Source of the DNA: Tetramitus jugosus
Lineage: Eukaryota; Protista; Heterolobosea
Reading direction: 5' to 3'
Length of the DNA stretch: 64,000 bases
Assembly: GCA_937625935.1 (NCBI GenBank)
Contig: OW569353.1
Coordinates: 372,001 to 436,000 of the forward strand
A program made the position numbers and the translations under genes. The first letter of the stretch is position 1. Each line of letters begins with the position of its first letter. The notes under the pieces are model-generated. The model had not been told where the DNA came from, did not search any database, and saw only the letters and a program-made list of their open reading frames with translations. Positions 23,220-35,894 of the stretch are shown here, piece after piece.

Positions 23220-25168
23220 ATGTCCTCCTCGAGTTCAACAACACAGAGTAATAAAGAAAATGAAACAACAAAGAACATTGATGAAGATATCTTCTTGTCT
23301 CTTGAGCCATTTGAGGACAGGCAGATTGATCACTTTGAAGAAGATGGGAAAGAGATTTATGTAAAGTATGTCTTTCACACGATACTTTGTGAGTTCACGC
23401 ACATCTAACAAACAACAGGAAAATGGATGATGAAGAAAATTTTGCAAAGATTGTCAATCGATTGGACTATCTTATTGATCAAAATATTTCATTTGATCAC
23501 GTGGATCAAATCACACTCTATGAGCCAAAATTGAGAGAGCCGCAGAGAACGAATCCTTGGGTGAAGCCAAGGTCCAGACTCCATGAATCCATAATGCAAA
23601 TTCGTCAGTTGCACGAGTTTACGGATTCGATTGTGAGCACGGGAGATAGGGCTCAGGAGGAGATGAATTTGGGCGCAGGTATGGATGAAGCAGCAGCGAA
23701 GAAGAAGTTTTTGGGTGTGAAACAGATTGATGACGAAGATCGATATGATGAGAGATGGGACAATGATGCCGAATTTGTGAATAGTATTTACCGAACAAAG
23801 AAGAATGTATGTGCTTGATCTTGGTTTGTTATCTGCGTGCAGTTGTGTGAAAGAGAGTTGAAGAGCCTGCATTTTTGCTTGTTGAGTGTTGAAAGACAAC
23901 TGATTCATTATTTTTCAATCTTTCGTTATTATTGTTGTATCTTAGCAAATTGAAGCAGCAGCGAATATTTTGAAGAAGGGAGCGAGTCAAGTGAGAGAGA
24001 AATTGACAAAGGATCGCCAGTTTCATAATCAAATATTCCAATTACAAAAGAGATGGCTTGTAAAAGCATCAAAAACAAATGCAAAGCAAGTGTTTAGCCC
24101 AATAGCATATAGTTCAAACGCCATATTGGGTAATGCTTCATTGATTATTGATCTGAGCAAGAGCAGTACGATACTTTCTCTTTATAGCTATATTCCTGTT
24201 GTTCTATTGAGAAGTCAAGATAATGAGTTGGACATGAAGATACCTGCCATTTGTAATTATGGTAAACGAGTTATTCTTGCGTCTCGAGTGATTAGAGATG
24301 GTATTTTCTCGAATTTCGATCAAATATTGGAATCAGCTCAAGCATCAGTATTTAATCTAGAGTTATTTGATTTATTTGTGGCATGCTTGATGAGTAATAA
24401 GTGTGTTGAACGAGATATTCACGTGCTATCTTATACCATGCATACGGTGACTGTAAAAATTGGTTCCATTGTGCAAATCAGTCTCTCGCGCGTACCAGAT
24501 TCTCGCAATGTAAGTGAGTTTTTGTGCAATTTCAAATCTAGGAAATCATTAATAATCAAACTAACTCTGTGCTCATTTTTCTATTGGATTAGTTATTCTG
24601 GGATCTTGAATGTCAAACACATTTCCCAATCGAGTCAGACTCTTTCCTCAACACTACCCTGAGTGGTGACTATGTGAAATGTCTGTTAAAGGAGTGTCTA
24701 GTGAGTCTGCATGAAAAGTATCGGGAAGTTAGTATGACAAATCGCCAAGGAAGTGCAAAGAGCTCATCGACACTAGTGACACTGGACAGTATCAACAATA
24801 CTGAATTTGCTGGAGAATGTGTAACAGCATTCACTAACGTGCTGAAACACGTGAATCATAGATACTGTTGCCAACAAATGCTCGGCAATATCCTTGCACT
24901 CAATAATTACAAGGATATTGTTCTTGATTCCTCGCGCTTCCCCTTGATGACTTCTTATCGGTTGTCTCTGACATCTGGTCAAATCTTTACGATCGTTGTC
25001 AATGGTACAACAATCGTGGCTCAGATCAGAGAACGATATCACGAGCCCCACAAACCAAAGGTTAAGGCCGACTTTCTGGATGAATATCAACTATCCACGA
25101 AGAGTGCTAGGCTACTAGAGTTCGATGCACCTTCCGAGTTTGCAGAGTACCTCTCCATCTTGCCGTAA
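23220..25168 (+). CDS. MED17: Mediator subunit MED17, 4 exons
   Basis: LSLEPFEDRQIDHFEEDGKEIY, NFAKIVNRLDY, NPW and AAANILKKGA...FHNQIFQLQKRW parallel the MED17 N-terminal region. Introns 23366-23418, 23807-23945 and 24510-24592 all restore frame. Confidence 0.78.
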
Positions 25169-25239
25169 AAAACAAAAAAAATTCCCCAGTTGTATCGATA
25201 CAAAACTCCATTTTTCACACAAACAACTGACTGAAAAAA

Positions 25240-27039
25240 ATGAAGAGATCAATAACCGCTGCTGATGATCAAGAATCATCGTCTTCGACCACAACGACGC
25301 TTCCACTGGAGAAGAAGCCAAGGTTATCTCTGATCCAAACTGACAAGGTCAAATTACTGGTCTGTGGTGATGTCAATGGTCAATTCGATCGATTGTTCAC
25401 AAAGGTTGCTCAAGTCAATGAGAAGCATGGTCCATTCACATGTCTGTTGTGCACTGGAAAGTTTTACTTTGATCATCAAACATCATCATCGTCATTGTCA
25501 AGCAGTGAAAACAACCACCAGCAAGAGCAAGAAGAACTAGAGTACTCTGCATTGGGTGGTGCTGATTCATTGAAATCCTTGGATTATTTGAAAGGTGTCA
25601 AGGCCATTCCTATTCCAACCTATTTCGTTGATAGTTCTCATCGCGGAGTCATGTCTGGTGCCACGTGTCAGCAATTGACACACAATCTGACGTTTCTGGG
25701 TGGATATGGCGTTGTGAATGACTTTTGTGGTATTGAGGGATTAAGTATTGCGTTTTTAGGTGGTTCCTATGATCGATATGCGTACCGTGCGAGTGTGGAT
25801 GCACACGGATCCAATCTTGAGTCCAATCATTACACACAGAGCATCATCTCGAATCTCGAGAGACAAATTTTAAATGTTAGGAGTCAATCCAAGAGATCTA
25901 TTGACATTTTATTGACTTGTGAGTGGCCTGCTCATGTGTTAAACTGTTTGCCTAACAATCGCACAGTGACAAATCATCGACGTGGTTTAGGATCGTTCTC
26001 TGTCACAAGGATTGCTCAAAAAGCAGTTCCAAAGTATCATTTTGCTGCCATGGAGGGATTTTTCTTTGAGAGACTGCCGTACCAGACAAAAGTGGAGAGT
26101 CAACCTTCGAGCACATTTATAACAAGATTCCTGGGTTTGGCACAAGTGAAGGAAGAAATTGGCGAGCAGAAAAAGGTAGACAAGTTTTTGTACGCGATTA
26201 ATATGTCAATGAGAGATAGTGGTCAAACGATACCTGAAGGAACTACCCCTAGTCCGTATGAAGAACCGAGTAAAGAGAGAGAAGTGAAATCTGATGCCTC
26301 TAGTAAGAAGCAGAGCAACGAGCGGAGACATGATAAAGTGCTAACATCTAATACAAGCGAGTGTTGGTTCTGCTTGAAGAATACAAAGCTTGAGACGCAC
26401 CTTTTGGTGAGTATTGGAGATGAGTCTTATCTAGCATTTCCAAAGGGTGGATTAACAGAAGAACATTTATTAATCATTCCATTTTCGCACTCTGCATATT
26501 TTGGTCAGTGTTCCTTAGCAACCCAGCAGGAGATGATGCGATTTTTAGGAGCACTGAAGAAATTCTTTGAGCAGGACAATAAGAGTGTCATATTGTTCGA
26601 GCGAAACGTTAGTTTTACCAGTCGTCCGGTGCATATGATTCTTAACGTAATTGCTGTGCCAAAAGACATAGATCTTGAGAGCTGTAAGCAACGATTTTTG
26701 GAGGACATTGCCGAAAAGAATGGAGTGCCACCGGAGGAGGTTGTTTGTAAAAAGTTTGATGCCAACGTTACCAACAAGGATTGCATCAACCAATTTATTG
26801 TTGAGCATCCAAAAACTGATTATCTTCTGGTGCAGTTTCCTGATGAGACCAAAGCAATGTACTCACTAACTGGAAATGTGAAGGCAACTGCGAACGCAGG
26901 ACGAACAGCTTGTCGTAAACTACTCGGTTTAGCCGAGGAGAAGGATGACTGGAGGAAGTGCAGTGAGGGCAAAGAGAAAGAAAGCGAATGCGTTTCAGCA
27001 TTCAAAAAGAAGTTTGCTCACTATGATTTCACTCTATAA
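25240..27039 (+). CDS. CWF19L1: CWF19-like protein 1 (Drn1; lariat debranching cofactor)
   Basis: N-terminal pseudo-metallophosphatase (LVCGDVNG, DILLTCEWP, PKYHFA) plus C-terminal CwfJ domains (CWFCL, YLAFPKG, HLLIIP, FAHYDFTL). Confidence 0.92.
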   Translation: MKRSITAADDQESSSSTTTTLPLEKKPRLSLIQTDKVKLLVCGDVNGQFDRLFTKVAQVNEKHGPFTCLLCTGKFYFDHQTSSSSLSSSENNHQQEQEELEYSALGGADSLKSLDYLKGVKAIPIPTYFVDSSHRGVMSGATCQQLTHNLTFLGGYGVVNDFCGIEGLSIAFLGGSYDRYAYRASVDAHGSNLESNHYTQSIISNLERQILNVRSQSKRSIDILLTCEWPAHVLNCLPNNRTVTNHRRGLGSFSVTRIAQKAVPKYHFAAMEGFFFERLPYQTKVESQPSSTFITRFLGLAQVKEEIGEQKKVDKFLYAINMSMRDSGQTIPEGTTPSPYEEPSKEREVKSDASSKKQSNERRHDKVLTSNTSECWFCLKNTKLETHLLVSIGDESYLAFPKGGLTEEHLLIIPFSHSAYFGQCSLATQQEMMRFLGALKKFFEQDNKSVILFERNVSFTSRPVHMILNVIAVPKDIDLESCKQRFLEDIAEKNGVPPEEVVCKKFDANVTNKDCINQFIVEHPKTDYLLVQFPDETKAMYSLTGNVKATANAGRTACRKLLGLAEEKDDWRKCSEGKEKESECVSAFKKKFAHYDFTL

Positions 27040-27050
27040 ATTTATTTAGT

Positions 27051-30000
27051 TTATTCGGATGTTGTACTTGCAATCTGGTGTTGACGTGTGTATTCGAACA
27101 TCATGATTGAACCTGTGACATGGACATTCAAGGATCTGACCATACCAAGTTGAGGAATTTCGACACAGGTGTCAATCATATTGATCAGTTCCGATGGAAT
27201 ACCTTCCTTTTCTTTACCCAGCACCAAAACACACTTACGAGGGAACGTGAACTTCTCAATACTAACACTGGAGGAGGTTTGTTCGACACCCAAGATAGAA
27301 TAACCTTCTTGTTTCTTTTGTCTCAGGTAGTCCATGATATCAGCTTCTTTACATTCCTCAATTGGTAACCAACGTTCAGAAGTGACAGAAATTGCTTGGA
27401 ACTCATCATGTTCCGTAACCTTTGCATTGGACACTACCAGCTTTTCGGCCTGGAAGATTTCACAGGTACGGGATAAACCTGCTAAGTTTGGAAGCTTGTC
27501 GATCAAACTAGCCATGACAATCACTGGTTGACGTTCCTTGGATGCTCTCTTCAAGCGAGGATTGATCTCATTCTCCAATTCGAGAGCACTCCATGGAACA
27601 ATCTTTCTTTGGAAATTTATGACCTTGTCATCATTGACAATTGTTTCCTCTTCTTCTACTGGCTGTTGTGACTTAAACACCTGTGGTAGATCTTTGGTAT
27701 CAATGTGCACTTGGGCTACGGCGGTATCCTTTAGCGGATTCAACGAGGCAATGGAATCAGATTCTTCGTTGTCAGAATTAAACGTTTGTTCCCAATCATT
27801 GCCTGTATCTGAGGAGTGCAATATTGAGTCAACCCTAAACTTCCATGTTTCGATCATTTTTCCATTCAGGTTGTAAAGTGAGAAGAGCATCGCTTCGAAA
27901 TGCTTATGCACAAGATGGAAGGCGGGCATAGGAATATGGTCATTGACAACATTGGTACCCTCAATATATGGTTGACCGAACAAGTTGATTGGTTGAGCGA
28001 TTTCTGTGATCTTAATCATCACCATGTCTCTGTACTTCTCAAAGTACTGAATAGAACTGTCACTCTTCATGTACAACTCTTGAAGCTGATCCAACTGTAC
28101 TTTCCACATGTCTTCATCACCAAAGCCATTAATTTCTGATCTGTTATGAAGAGAGTTGAGACGAGTCCAGATTTGAACATACATGATATGACCCATAATT
28201 CTCACTGCATATTGATGCATTGTGGAGTACATGACAATGTATGGAAGGAGCAGCTTAGTCAATCTTGGAAAATCTTCGTCAGGGGCAAACAGAACAAAGT
28301 TTCCTGCAACCGCGACAAGTGAGGATAGATATTGGGCTCTTCCATTATAGTCTGCTCCTAATCGAGTTTTGAGAGATTGAGACATCTCATGAGGGAACTT
28401 GAAACAGATAAGAATGGAGTAAACTTCCATCAGTCTTCTAACGGTTGACATGTTAGCAAGATTCAATAGTTGCCAGACTACTTGTTTCAGATTTAAATTG
28501 TTGAATATCTTCTCATTCATGTACTGAACCAAGATAATGAGAGTCTGCCACATTCTTAGTTTTGATTTGTGTTGCACTGAGTTTGGCATACATGGGAGTT
28601 TGTTCATATCCTTATCAAAAAGTCTCTTGACAAGTCTTCCAGTCAATGCTTCAACAAATCTCAATTGATTTTGTTGTTTTGTTAATGCAGAGAAGAGAAG
28701 GGCACGAGTCAATCTTTCGAATCTAATGGTGGCTGGGTATGTCTCATCTGAAAGAGAGTATGCAGTCGTACTGGTTGCATACTCAAAACTGTCATAGTCA
28801 TCATCTTCATAAATTGTTGGTACGAAACAGATAACCTTGACAATCTGATCCACAAGGCTAATCTTGATGTCTTCATCGTTGCCAATTAAATTATTTGATA
28901 TCTCGTAGGCAAGAGCAAGAACTAGTCTCTGTGCTACTTCAGAGAGCTTCAGTAGTTTGTCGATGTAAGCGTTGGTTACATGACTTAACTTTCTGAGGAC
29001 TGCAGGTCTCATAATCAAGCAAGTGAATGTTGCGTAGCAAATGGCTTCGTTACGATGTCTATCACCACGCATAGCATCAAATATTGCGTCAATGTATTGC
29101 TCAGCTTTATCTTCATCTATCCAACCTTTCTCGAGAGCAGTTGGTAATAAATATCTGATACAATCAATACCAATAATCATATTATTAGAACTGAGAGTAC
29201 CAAGAATATCAGATGCTTCACTGAGAAGGTCCACCAGAAGTTCAGATTCGTTTTCTAGTAAGTTATTGGTCATTCCAATGTGTAAGAGCTCATTGATATT
29301 CCTCCACTTTGCTTCGAAGGTATCTCTGAGCACCATTGATGCAGGTCTAATGGTTCCATTTCCATCATAACTATCGTCGGTTTTAACCCTGCTTGTGAAG
29401 GTATGACCTGCAAAGTTCGTTTTCAGAAGAGAGACACATATCTCACTTGTCATGCCCTTTCCTTTGTTTGACAATAGTGGTGTGATGAGAGAGTGAATAA
29501 GATCATAGGCACAGTTCGATAGAACATTAGTTTCATATCCACTATTCATGAGGTTGCTTTTCGTTTCGGTGACCTTTTGAATGAAGTCAATGGATATGGT
29601 CATGATGTGATGATTAAGTTTCTGGACTTGCTCTGATGCAGGAACGTAGTAGTTCAGCTGAGTTGCTAGTGGTCCAATAATGTTCATTGACTCTTGGAAA
29701 GATAAGGCAGATTCCTTCGTTAATTGTTCAATCTCAGGGAATCTCAGCTTCAGAATGATGAACGAGGTTAGTTCTTCCAAATCTTGAGAAATTTTCAAGC
29801 AAACTTCATATCCCAATTGAGCTTGACGGAGTTCTGAGAGGATAGTAGTAATGAAGAGCAATATTTTGAATGGTGTCAATTCTTCTTGGTAGTGGGAATA
29901 AATAGTATGGAGTTTGTCATAAATAGGTTGGAGCATCTTGTGGACATTAGTGGCTTGAATAGGTGACAGTGCTAATAATCTTGCAAAGCGTTGAACATAT

Positions 30001-31957
30001 GAAGTAGTGATGGTGAGTGTTTCTCTTGACAGCGCCTCTGCTAGCAGTTCACTCAAATCTTGCACAAGCTGTTCCTCACCTCGCAATGCCAACCACGATG
30101 TAATTGTGTTGACTACTTGAGGTGTTAACATCTGAGTATCAGCAAGCACTAAAAACTTCGAGAGTGAGCTCTGATCTAGTTGCTTTGGATCACTCAATCG
30201 ACAAAGAACTTCAATAATCAATGAATAACCTCGGAATTGAACCCAAGCCGTCTCATCTCTAAATTGCTCGTCATAAATATTCGTTAAATAATCAATGCAT
30301 TCGTTGTCTAATACACCGGCTTGTGTAATTTGAGTCATACTAGCAAGGAAATAAGATGGAATCGTTCTTGATGCCTCATTCTTTGTCAAGCACCGCAATG
30401 TATTCTTCAAAGCAAGCACAACATCTTGACGCGATAAGGAATTATAGTAATCACCAAAGAACTTGACCATTCGAGATCCAATCTTTTCTTTCTTGTAGAA
30501 AAACTTGCTATTGCCAATAAACTCAAAAATAGTTTCGGTCACAAACTTCATATCAAAGTAGATATCATATACAGATAGATCAAGGTCGAAAAAGGACGCA
30601 ATTGTCATCTTACACACACCAAAGTTGTTGTGTGTAAAGGCTGCTACTAACAAAAGCTTCACCCACTCAAAGTTTAGATACACACACTTATCTCCTCGCT
30701 TTGGAAACATGTTAAAGATTTGGCCCCATGTAGAATGCAACAAATGAGAAGAATATTGATCCAGTGTGTCATACAACATAAAGAATAGATCCCATTGTCT
30801 ATTTAGATCTTTGGCTTGTTCAAGAGACCATTCAAAATATCTAAAAAATACACCAATCGGTGAATGAGTGAGAAACAATCTTAAATGCAAAAAAATCTGA
30901 TGTGAAACATACTTGGTCCATGTCTCAGGTTTGATTGTTGGATTACTCTTTGATAGATCCACAATTCTCTTTTGAAGGTAGATGCTTCTCTTTCGTGTAA
31001 ACGTGTCCTCACTAGCCAATCCAGTCAAGATAATATTCCAAAACATTTCTTGCCCGCGCAAATCCATCGCAAAGGCATTACCGTTCAAGGCAAAGAATTG
31101 CTCAAAAAATTGACACAACAGCGAGTAACATTCCATTCTTGTCTCAGCTCCTGCATTAAACATGGACTGAACAGTGTCCCACAGAGCATTTAATTTTTGA
31201 GGAGAAGGATCAAACTTGATCAATGGAGGTAATAGATTCATAATAATTTGCTTTCTGTGAGCAGATGGCCATGCACGAACACCTTGCATCAACAAATCAA
31301 ATATCTGAGTCTCAAACTGCTTCAATCCTTCCACATGATCGCTCAATAAACTTGCGATAATATCAATAAATGTTAAAATTTGGTCCAATAGTTCTTGTTC
31401 CATATGATGCAACTCTGTATCACCCAACACAATTGTCGTATTAAACTCCTGTAACTTCTGATGGATATCCAACAAAATATTTTGGCACACTTGTTCATTC
31501 GCATTCTCCTTCACAAACTTGGCAACCAAATAACTGGCAAATCGTGTCGCAAGAGGTCCTTTGTGCACTGTGGATGCCGTAGATTGGTTCAAAACAACAT
31601 AGTTATTCCACGCCAAAAGCAACAAATCTTCAAAATGTTGTCCAGATGTGACAACCAATGTATCCAACAATAAAAAGCTTAACAATTCTTCTTCATCGTC
31701 CAATAGCTTACAGTGTTCTTCAATTAACCGCTTGTACAGTCCACTGACCGATTGACTGGCAACCTATAAAGTAGTAAAAATATTTTAGTTTAGACAATAT
31801 ACAAGACAAAAGTAGGTGGTGTTCGTACCTTGATGAGAGTTTGCATCTTGAGCAGAGTGGATTCGTCATTTGTGAAATTGGAATTGCTGATGAAATCATT
31901 GATGAATGAGGCACCAAATAGTGGTGATACTTGAGAGACAAAGGACTGCTCGGACAT
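27051..31957 (-). CDS. TARBP1: tRNA Gm18 2'-O-methyltransferase Trm3/TARBP1 (SpoU), 3 exons
   Basis: C-terminal SPOUT domain (ASLIDKLPNLAGLSRTCEIF, VLGKEKEGIP, RSLNVHV) after a long helical region. Introns 31764-31828 and 30841-30912. Confidence 0.92.
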
Positions 31958-32161
31958 GAGTATAAACTGTTGTTTGTGCGTGCTTTTGTTGTTGGAGAAA
32001 TTTTTTTGGTGTTCATGTGTGAAAAGGCACCCGCCATTTCTCGTTGAACTAATCGGAGAAAACAACAAAATTCGATTTTTTGAGAGAAGCGAAACGGTCA
32101 AGCAAAGTAAACATTTTTCACCAACACACCAGAAAGAACAAATTGAGATCTCACATCAATC

Positions 32162-34342
32162 ATGGTTGCTCCAAAAACAACAAAGAAGACACCCAAGAAG
32201 AAAGATCAAGAGGAAAGTCAGGAGGAAGAGGATGACGCCAAACTCGTCTCTGCATCGATCGACTACTCTGAGGAGATGGATGTGGGATTGGATGACGATA
32301 ATGAAGACGAAGACAAGACTTCAACAAAGAAGAAATCTAGTTCGGTCAAGAAAAAGACTCCTGTGTCTACCAAGAAGAAAACTACTCCTGTAGCAACAAA
32401 GGATCAGAAAAAGTCATCTACTCCGGCTTCTTCTTCTTCCTCTGCAAAGACCACTGCTGCATCAAAGAAGAGAAAAACTGCAGACAAGAAAGATGACGAT
32501 GATGATAAGGACGATGACAGTGAAGATGAAAAGCCATCAAAGAAGAAAGCAAAGACAACGGAAACACCGAAAACTACGACGAAGAAAACGACTGCCAAAA
32601 CAAGTGGAAGCGCAGCCAAAACTACGAGCAAATCAAAGGGGATTATGGATAGTGTTGTAGTATTCATTGATATTCACAATTCAGGAGACAGTCAATCCTC
32701 AACAGATATTTTGGAAGAGAAGATTAAGGAAATGGGAGGGCGTGTTGTGCAAATGAAAACTAAAACTGTAACTCACTATATATTTTTGAATGGACATGCA
32801 ACGACTGTGACAACGGCTCAGTCAAATGGGAAGCCTCTAGTATCTCCTCTTTGGGTCAATGAGTGCGAGAAGAAGAAGAAATTGATTGATGTAAAAGATA
32901 ATCCTAATTTATTGGCTGAGATCAATGTAGAGAAGACGAAAGCCACTCCCAAGAGTACCAAGAAAACCAAAGCCAGCGAAGAATCATCTGATACAAAAAC
33001 TCCTCAAAAAGGATCTGAAAAGAAGGATGAAAAGAAAAAGAAGGAGAAGGACACTGACACCAAAAGGAAAACTTCAGAAAAGAAGTCAGCAACTAAACCT
33101 AAAAAAGAGAAAGAAGAAGAGAGCGATGACGAAATGATTGATGAATCATTTGACGAGCATGAGTTGTACGATAGGCAAATGTGGAAAGACGAGGGATTTA
33201 ACATCCATACGCCAGTTTCTGAAAAAAAGGCCAAATTTATTATTGAGAGAACTCACCTTTCGGATGACGATGAAGAAATGCTTCAAGAGATTGTCGATCA
33301 GTCAAAGCATATGAAACTCGCATCCGAAGATGAATATTCAGGTCAAAGAATTACACATCTAATTGCTCCAGATAATGCAACCAAGCGAACCATTAAAGTG
33401 TTCTATGCCATTGCCCACGGAGCCTACATCGTTAACAAAGATTGGTTAACAACTTGTATTAACAATTTGCAATCGAATGCTTCAGAACCGAAAAATGAAA
33501 AGTATCCTTCAGGAGAGGAGCCATTCTTGGTAAAGAAGTGGTTGGAAGCATGTGAGCGGTCCAGGATTGCGCAACTTTCCTTCAACAAACGTAAAAGAAT
33601 GGCTCTTGTGCAAGTAAGAGAAACAGAGGGCGAGGATGAAGAGGATTTAAAGATTCCTCATCGTCTGCTCCATGGCCTAAAGATCACTGCCGAAGGTGAT
33701 GTCAATCCAAAAGTGAAAGACCTGAGAAAATTGGTTCAGTTGTGTGGTGGTGAGTGGGTGACTGGAACAAGATCGGCAAAGTTTTGTATCGTTGGACCTA
33801 ACGCAAATAGTAAGCCTTTTAAACAAGAGGAAACTGTTTGTGTCACTGTTCAGTGGCTTCTTGACTCAATTGAAAAGTACGAGCTCGTGGAAGACATTTC
33901 AAAGTATTTGGCAGTAGAGTCTGAGTGTGTGAAGCAGATTGAAAAGAAAGAGAAGAAGGAAAAGAAAGGAGAAGCTGAGAAAAAGGGAAAAACTTCCAAG
34001 AGTACAGGATCTGACGCATCAAAGAAGAAGTCTACTCCAGAGACAACCAAGAAATCCAAGGCTGCGACTGACACGAAGCAAGTGGCCAAACCCAAAGCGA
34101 AAGCAACTACTGAAGCGAAGAAACCTGAGAAACAAAACACCAACAGCACGAAGAAGGAGACTGCTGAGAAGACACCAGAGAGCACGCCTCCCAGCAGCAA
34201 AGCTGACAACACAACCAAGAATGTTGAGGATAAGCAGGAGGAGAAGCAGGACGACAAGCAAGACGATGATTATGACACAGATGTCACAGACACTGAACAA
34301 GAGAATGTCCCAGAGGTCGGAGAAGAAGAAACCGAACTGTAA
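32162..34342 (+). CDS. Microcephalin (MCPH1)-like triple-BRCT protein
   Basis: One BRCT (VVFIDI...MGGRV...VTHYIF...LVSPLWVNEC) and a tandem BRCT pair (ITHLI...RTIKVFYAIAHG...DWL; LVQLCGG...QWLLDSI), set in K/E/T-rich linkers. Confidence 0.7.
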   Translation: MVAPKTTKKTPKKKDQEESQEEEDDAKLVSASIDYSEEMDVGLDDDNEDEDKTSTKKKSSSVKKKTPVSTKKKTTPVATKDQKKSSTPASSSSSAKTTAASKKRKTADKKDDDDDKDDDSEDEKPSKKKAKTTETPKTTTKKTTAKTSGSAAKTTSKSKGIMDSVVVFIDIHNSGDSQSSTDILEEKIKEMGGRVVQMKTKTVTHYIFLNGHATTVTTAQSNGKPLVSPLWVNECEKKKKLIDVKDNPNLLAEINVEKTKATPKSTKKTKASEESSDTKTPQKGSEKKDEKKKKEKDTDTKRKTSEKKSATKPKKEKEEESDDEMIDESFDEHELYDRQMWKDEGFNIHTPVSEKKAKFIIERTHLSDDDEEMLQEIVDQSKHMKLASEDEYSGQRITHLIAPDNATKRTIKVFYAIAHGAYIVNKDWLTTCINNLQSNASEPKNEKYPSGEEPFLVKKWLEACERSRIAQLSFNKRKRMALVQVRETEGEDEEDLKIPHRLLHGLKITAEGDVNPKVKDLRKLVQLCGGEWVTGTRSAKFCIVGPNANSKPFKQEETVCVTVQWLLDSIEKYELVEDISKYLAVESECVKQIEKKEKKEKKGEAEKKGKTSKSTGSDASKKKSTPETTKKSKAATDTKQVAKPKAKATTEAKKPEKQNTNSTKKETAEKTPESTPPSSKADNTTKNVEDKQEEKQDDKQDDDYDTDVTDTEQENVPEVGEEETEL

Positions 34343-34534
34343 ATTGATTCCACAAGATTACAACTTCCCTCCTTTAGAACTTCACTACCCAAGTTGAACC
34401 ATCCAAACCCTTTTTTCGCTTCAGCCTTCTTGTTGAACCTGACTGACATTCAAGGCCAAAAACAGCTGTTGTTCAAAATCATCATCCCCGCAACCAACAA
34501 CGAACAAAAGATCAAATAACAACATTCGGCCATC

Positions 34535-35812
34535 ATGATCAAAACACCACTCAACCAACAACGACAAACCAATATCGCTATTGTGCGAATGAAGATTAAA
34601 AACAAAAAATTTGAGATACCAGCGTACAAGAACAAGGTTGTCTCATGGAGAAACGGAACAGAAAAGGACATTAACGAAGTATTGCAAATGGTGCACGTGT
34701 ACACTAATGTTTCCAAGGGAGAACTGGCCAAACGCGAAGATTTGATAAAGTACTTTAACGATGACAGTGAAAAAAATGTTTGCATCACCATTTTGAACAA
34801 GGGAGAGTTGCAAGTGTCAGCCAAGGAGAGAGAAATCATGTATGAGAGCATGTACCGTGATATTGTCACGATTATATGCAATTTGTGCATCAATCCTGAC
34901 ACACAACGACAGTATCCACCTGGAATGATTGATCGAGCGTTGCGTGAGATGCATTTTGCAGTGAAACCGGCAAAATCAGCAAAGAAACAAGCACTAGAGG
35001 TGATTCGAAGATTGAAAAAGACGATTCCGATTGAACGTGCTCAAATGAGACTCGAAATTCTGGTTACGAACGCTTCATTGAGTAAGAAAGTGAAGCAAAT
35101 GTTGACAAGGATCAACAGAGGAGGTAGTAATGGTGGTGGTGATGACGCAGAGGAGGGAGCCGATGTTCATGACGATGCCAAAATCGAGAAAGACATCTAC
35201 AATCCAGAGGACAAGAGTGTTCAACTCACAGTGTTGATCGATCCTGGAATGTTTCGAATGATTGATGAATTTGCAATTGAACATGGTGATGCTGTGCGTG
35301 TCACAATGCTCGACACTACTGTGTTGAGAGAAGGTGAGGAGAGGATTGATGAAATTTTGAGTGAAGATGATGAGGAAGCCGAGGAGGCAGACGAAGCAGA
35401 AGGTCTATCGTCAGAGTTGGCTGACAAGGCACGTGTCTCAAGCAAGAACAACAAGAGCAGTAGCCAACAACCACCACAAAAGAAGGGTCGATCATCTAAA
35501 AAGAACAATAGGAGAGGTGCAGCAGATAGTGAAGGAGAAGAGGAAGAAGCAGAAGAGAGCAATACACGGAACAAGAGAAACAAGGGCAAGAAATCGGCTG
35601 TCGCTAAACAAGAAAAGAAAGTTACGAAGCGGCAAGTAGATGAAAGTGAGGATGATGATGAAGAAGAGGAACCATCAACCTTTTTGAAGGGCAAAGCGAA
35701 GAAAATGAACAAGAAGAATCAGAAGTTAGTTGCCAAGACTGGTCAGGCACCAGCAGCATCGTTCGCTCCTCTGATCGAAGTGGAAGAAGAGGAAGAATCC
35801 GAGGACGAATAA
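34535..35812 (+). CDS. SBDS: Ribosome maturation factor SBDS/Sdo1 with charged C-terminal extension
   Basis: TPLNQQRQTNIAIVRMK, YKNKVVSWR, VYTNVSKG, ILNKGELQVS and KKQALEVI...IPIERAQMRL motifs. Confidence 0.95.
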   Translation: MIKTPLNQQRQTNIAIVRMKIKNKKFEIPAYKNKVVSWRNGTEKDINEVLQMVHVYTNVSKGELAKREDLIKYFNDDSEKNVCITILNKGELQVSAKEREIMYESMYRDIVTIICNLCINPDTQRQYPPGMIDRALREMHFAVKPAKSAKKQALEVIRRLKKTIPIERAQMRLEILVTNASLSKKVKQMLTRINRGGSNGGGDDAEEGADVHDDAKIEKDIYNPEDKSVQLTVLIDPGMFRMIDEFAIEHGDAVRVTMLDTTVLREGEERIDEILSEDDEEAEEADEAEGLSSELADKARVSSKNNKSSSQQPPQKKGRSSKKNNRRGAADSEGEEEEAEESNTRNKRNKGKKSAVAKQEKKVTKRQVDESEDDDEEEEPSTFLKGKAKKMNKKNQKLVAKTGQAPAASFAPLIEVEEEEESEDE

Positions 35813-35894
35813 TAACTTTTGTTCAACACACAAAAAACAACAAATAAAAAACAGAGTAAAAAGCAAAGATCATGACCTCCTGATCTCGAAACAA

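Noticed and set aside
23202-25168. Four fragmented ORFs as a pseudogene or alternative genetic code
   Set aside because: Three GT-AG introns restore one MED17 frame, and conserved genes in the window read correctly in the standard code.
32404-35712. Antisense ORFs rich in F/S/L/V (32404-32667, 33850-34257, 35221-35712 and similar)
   Set aside because: Shadow frames of K/E/T-rich low-complexity coding sequence on the opposite strand.
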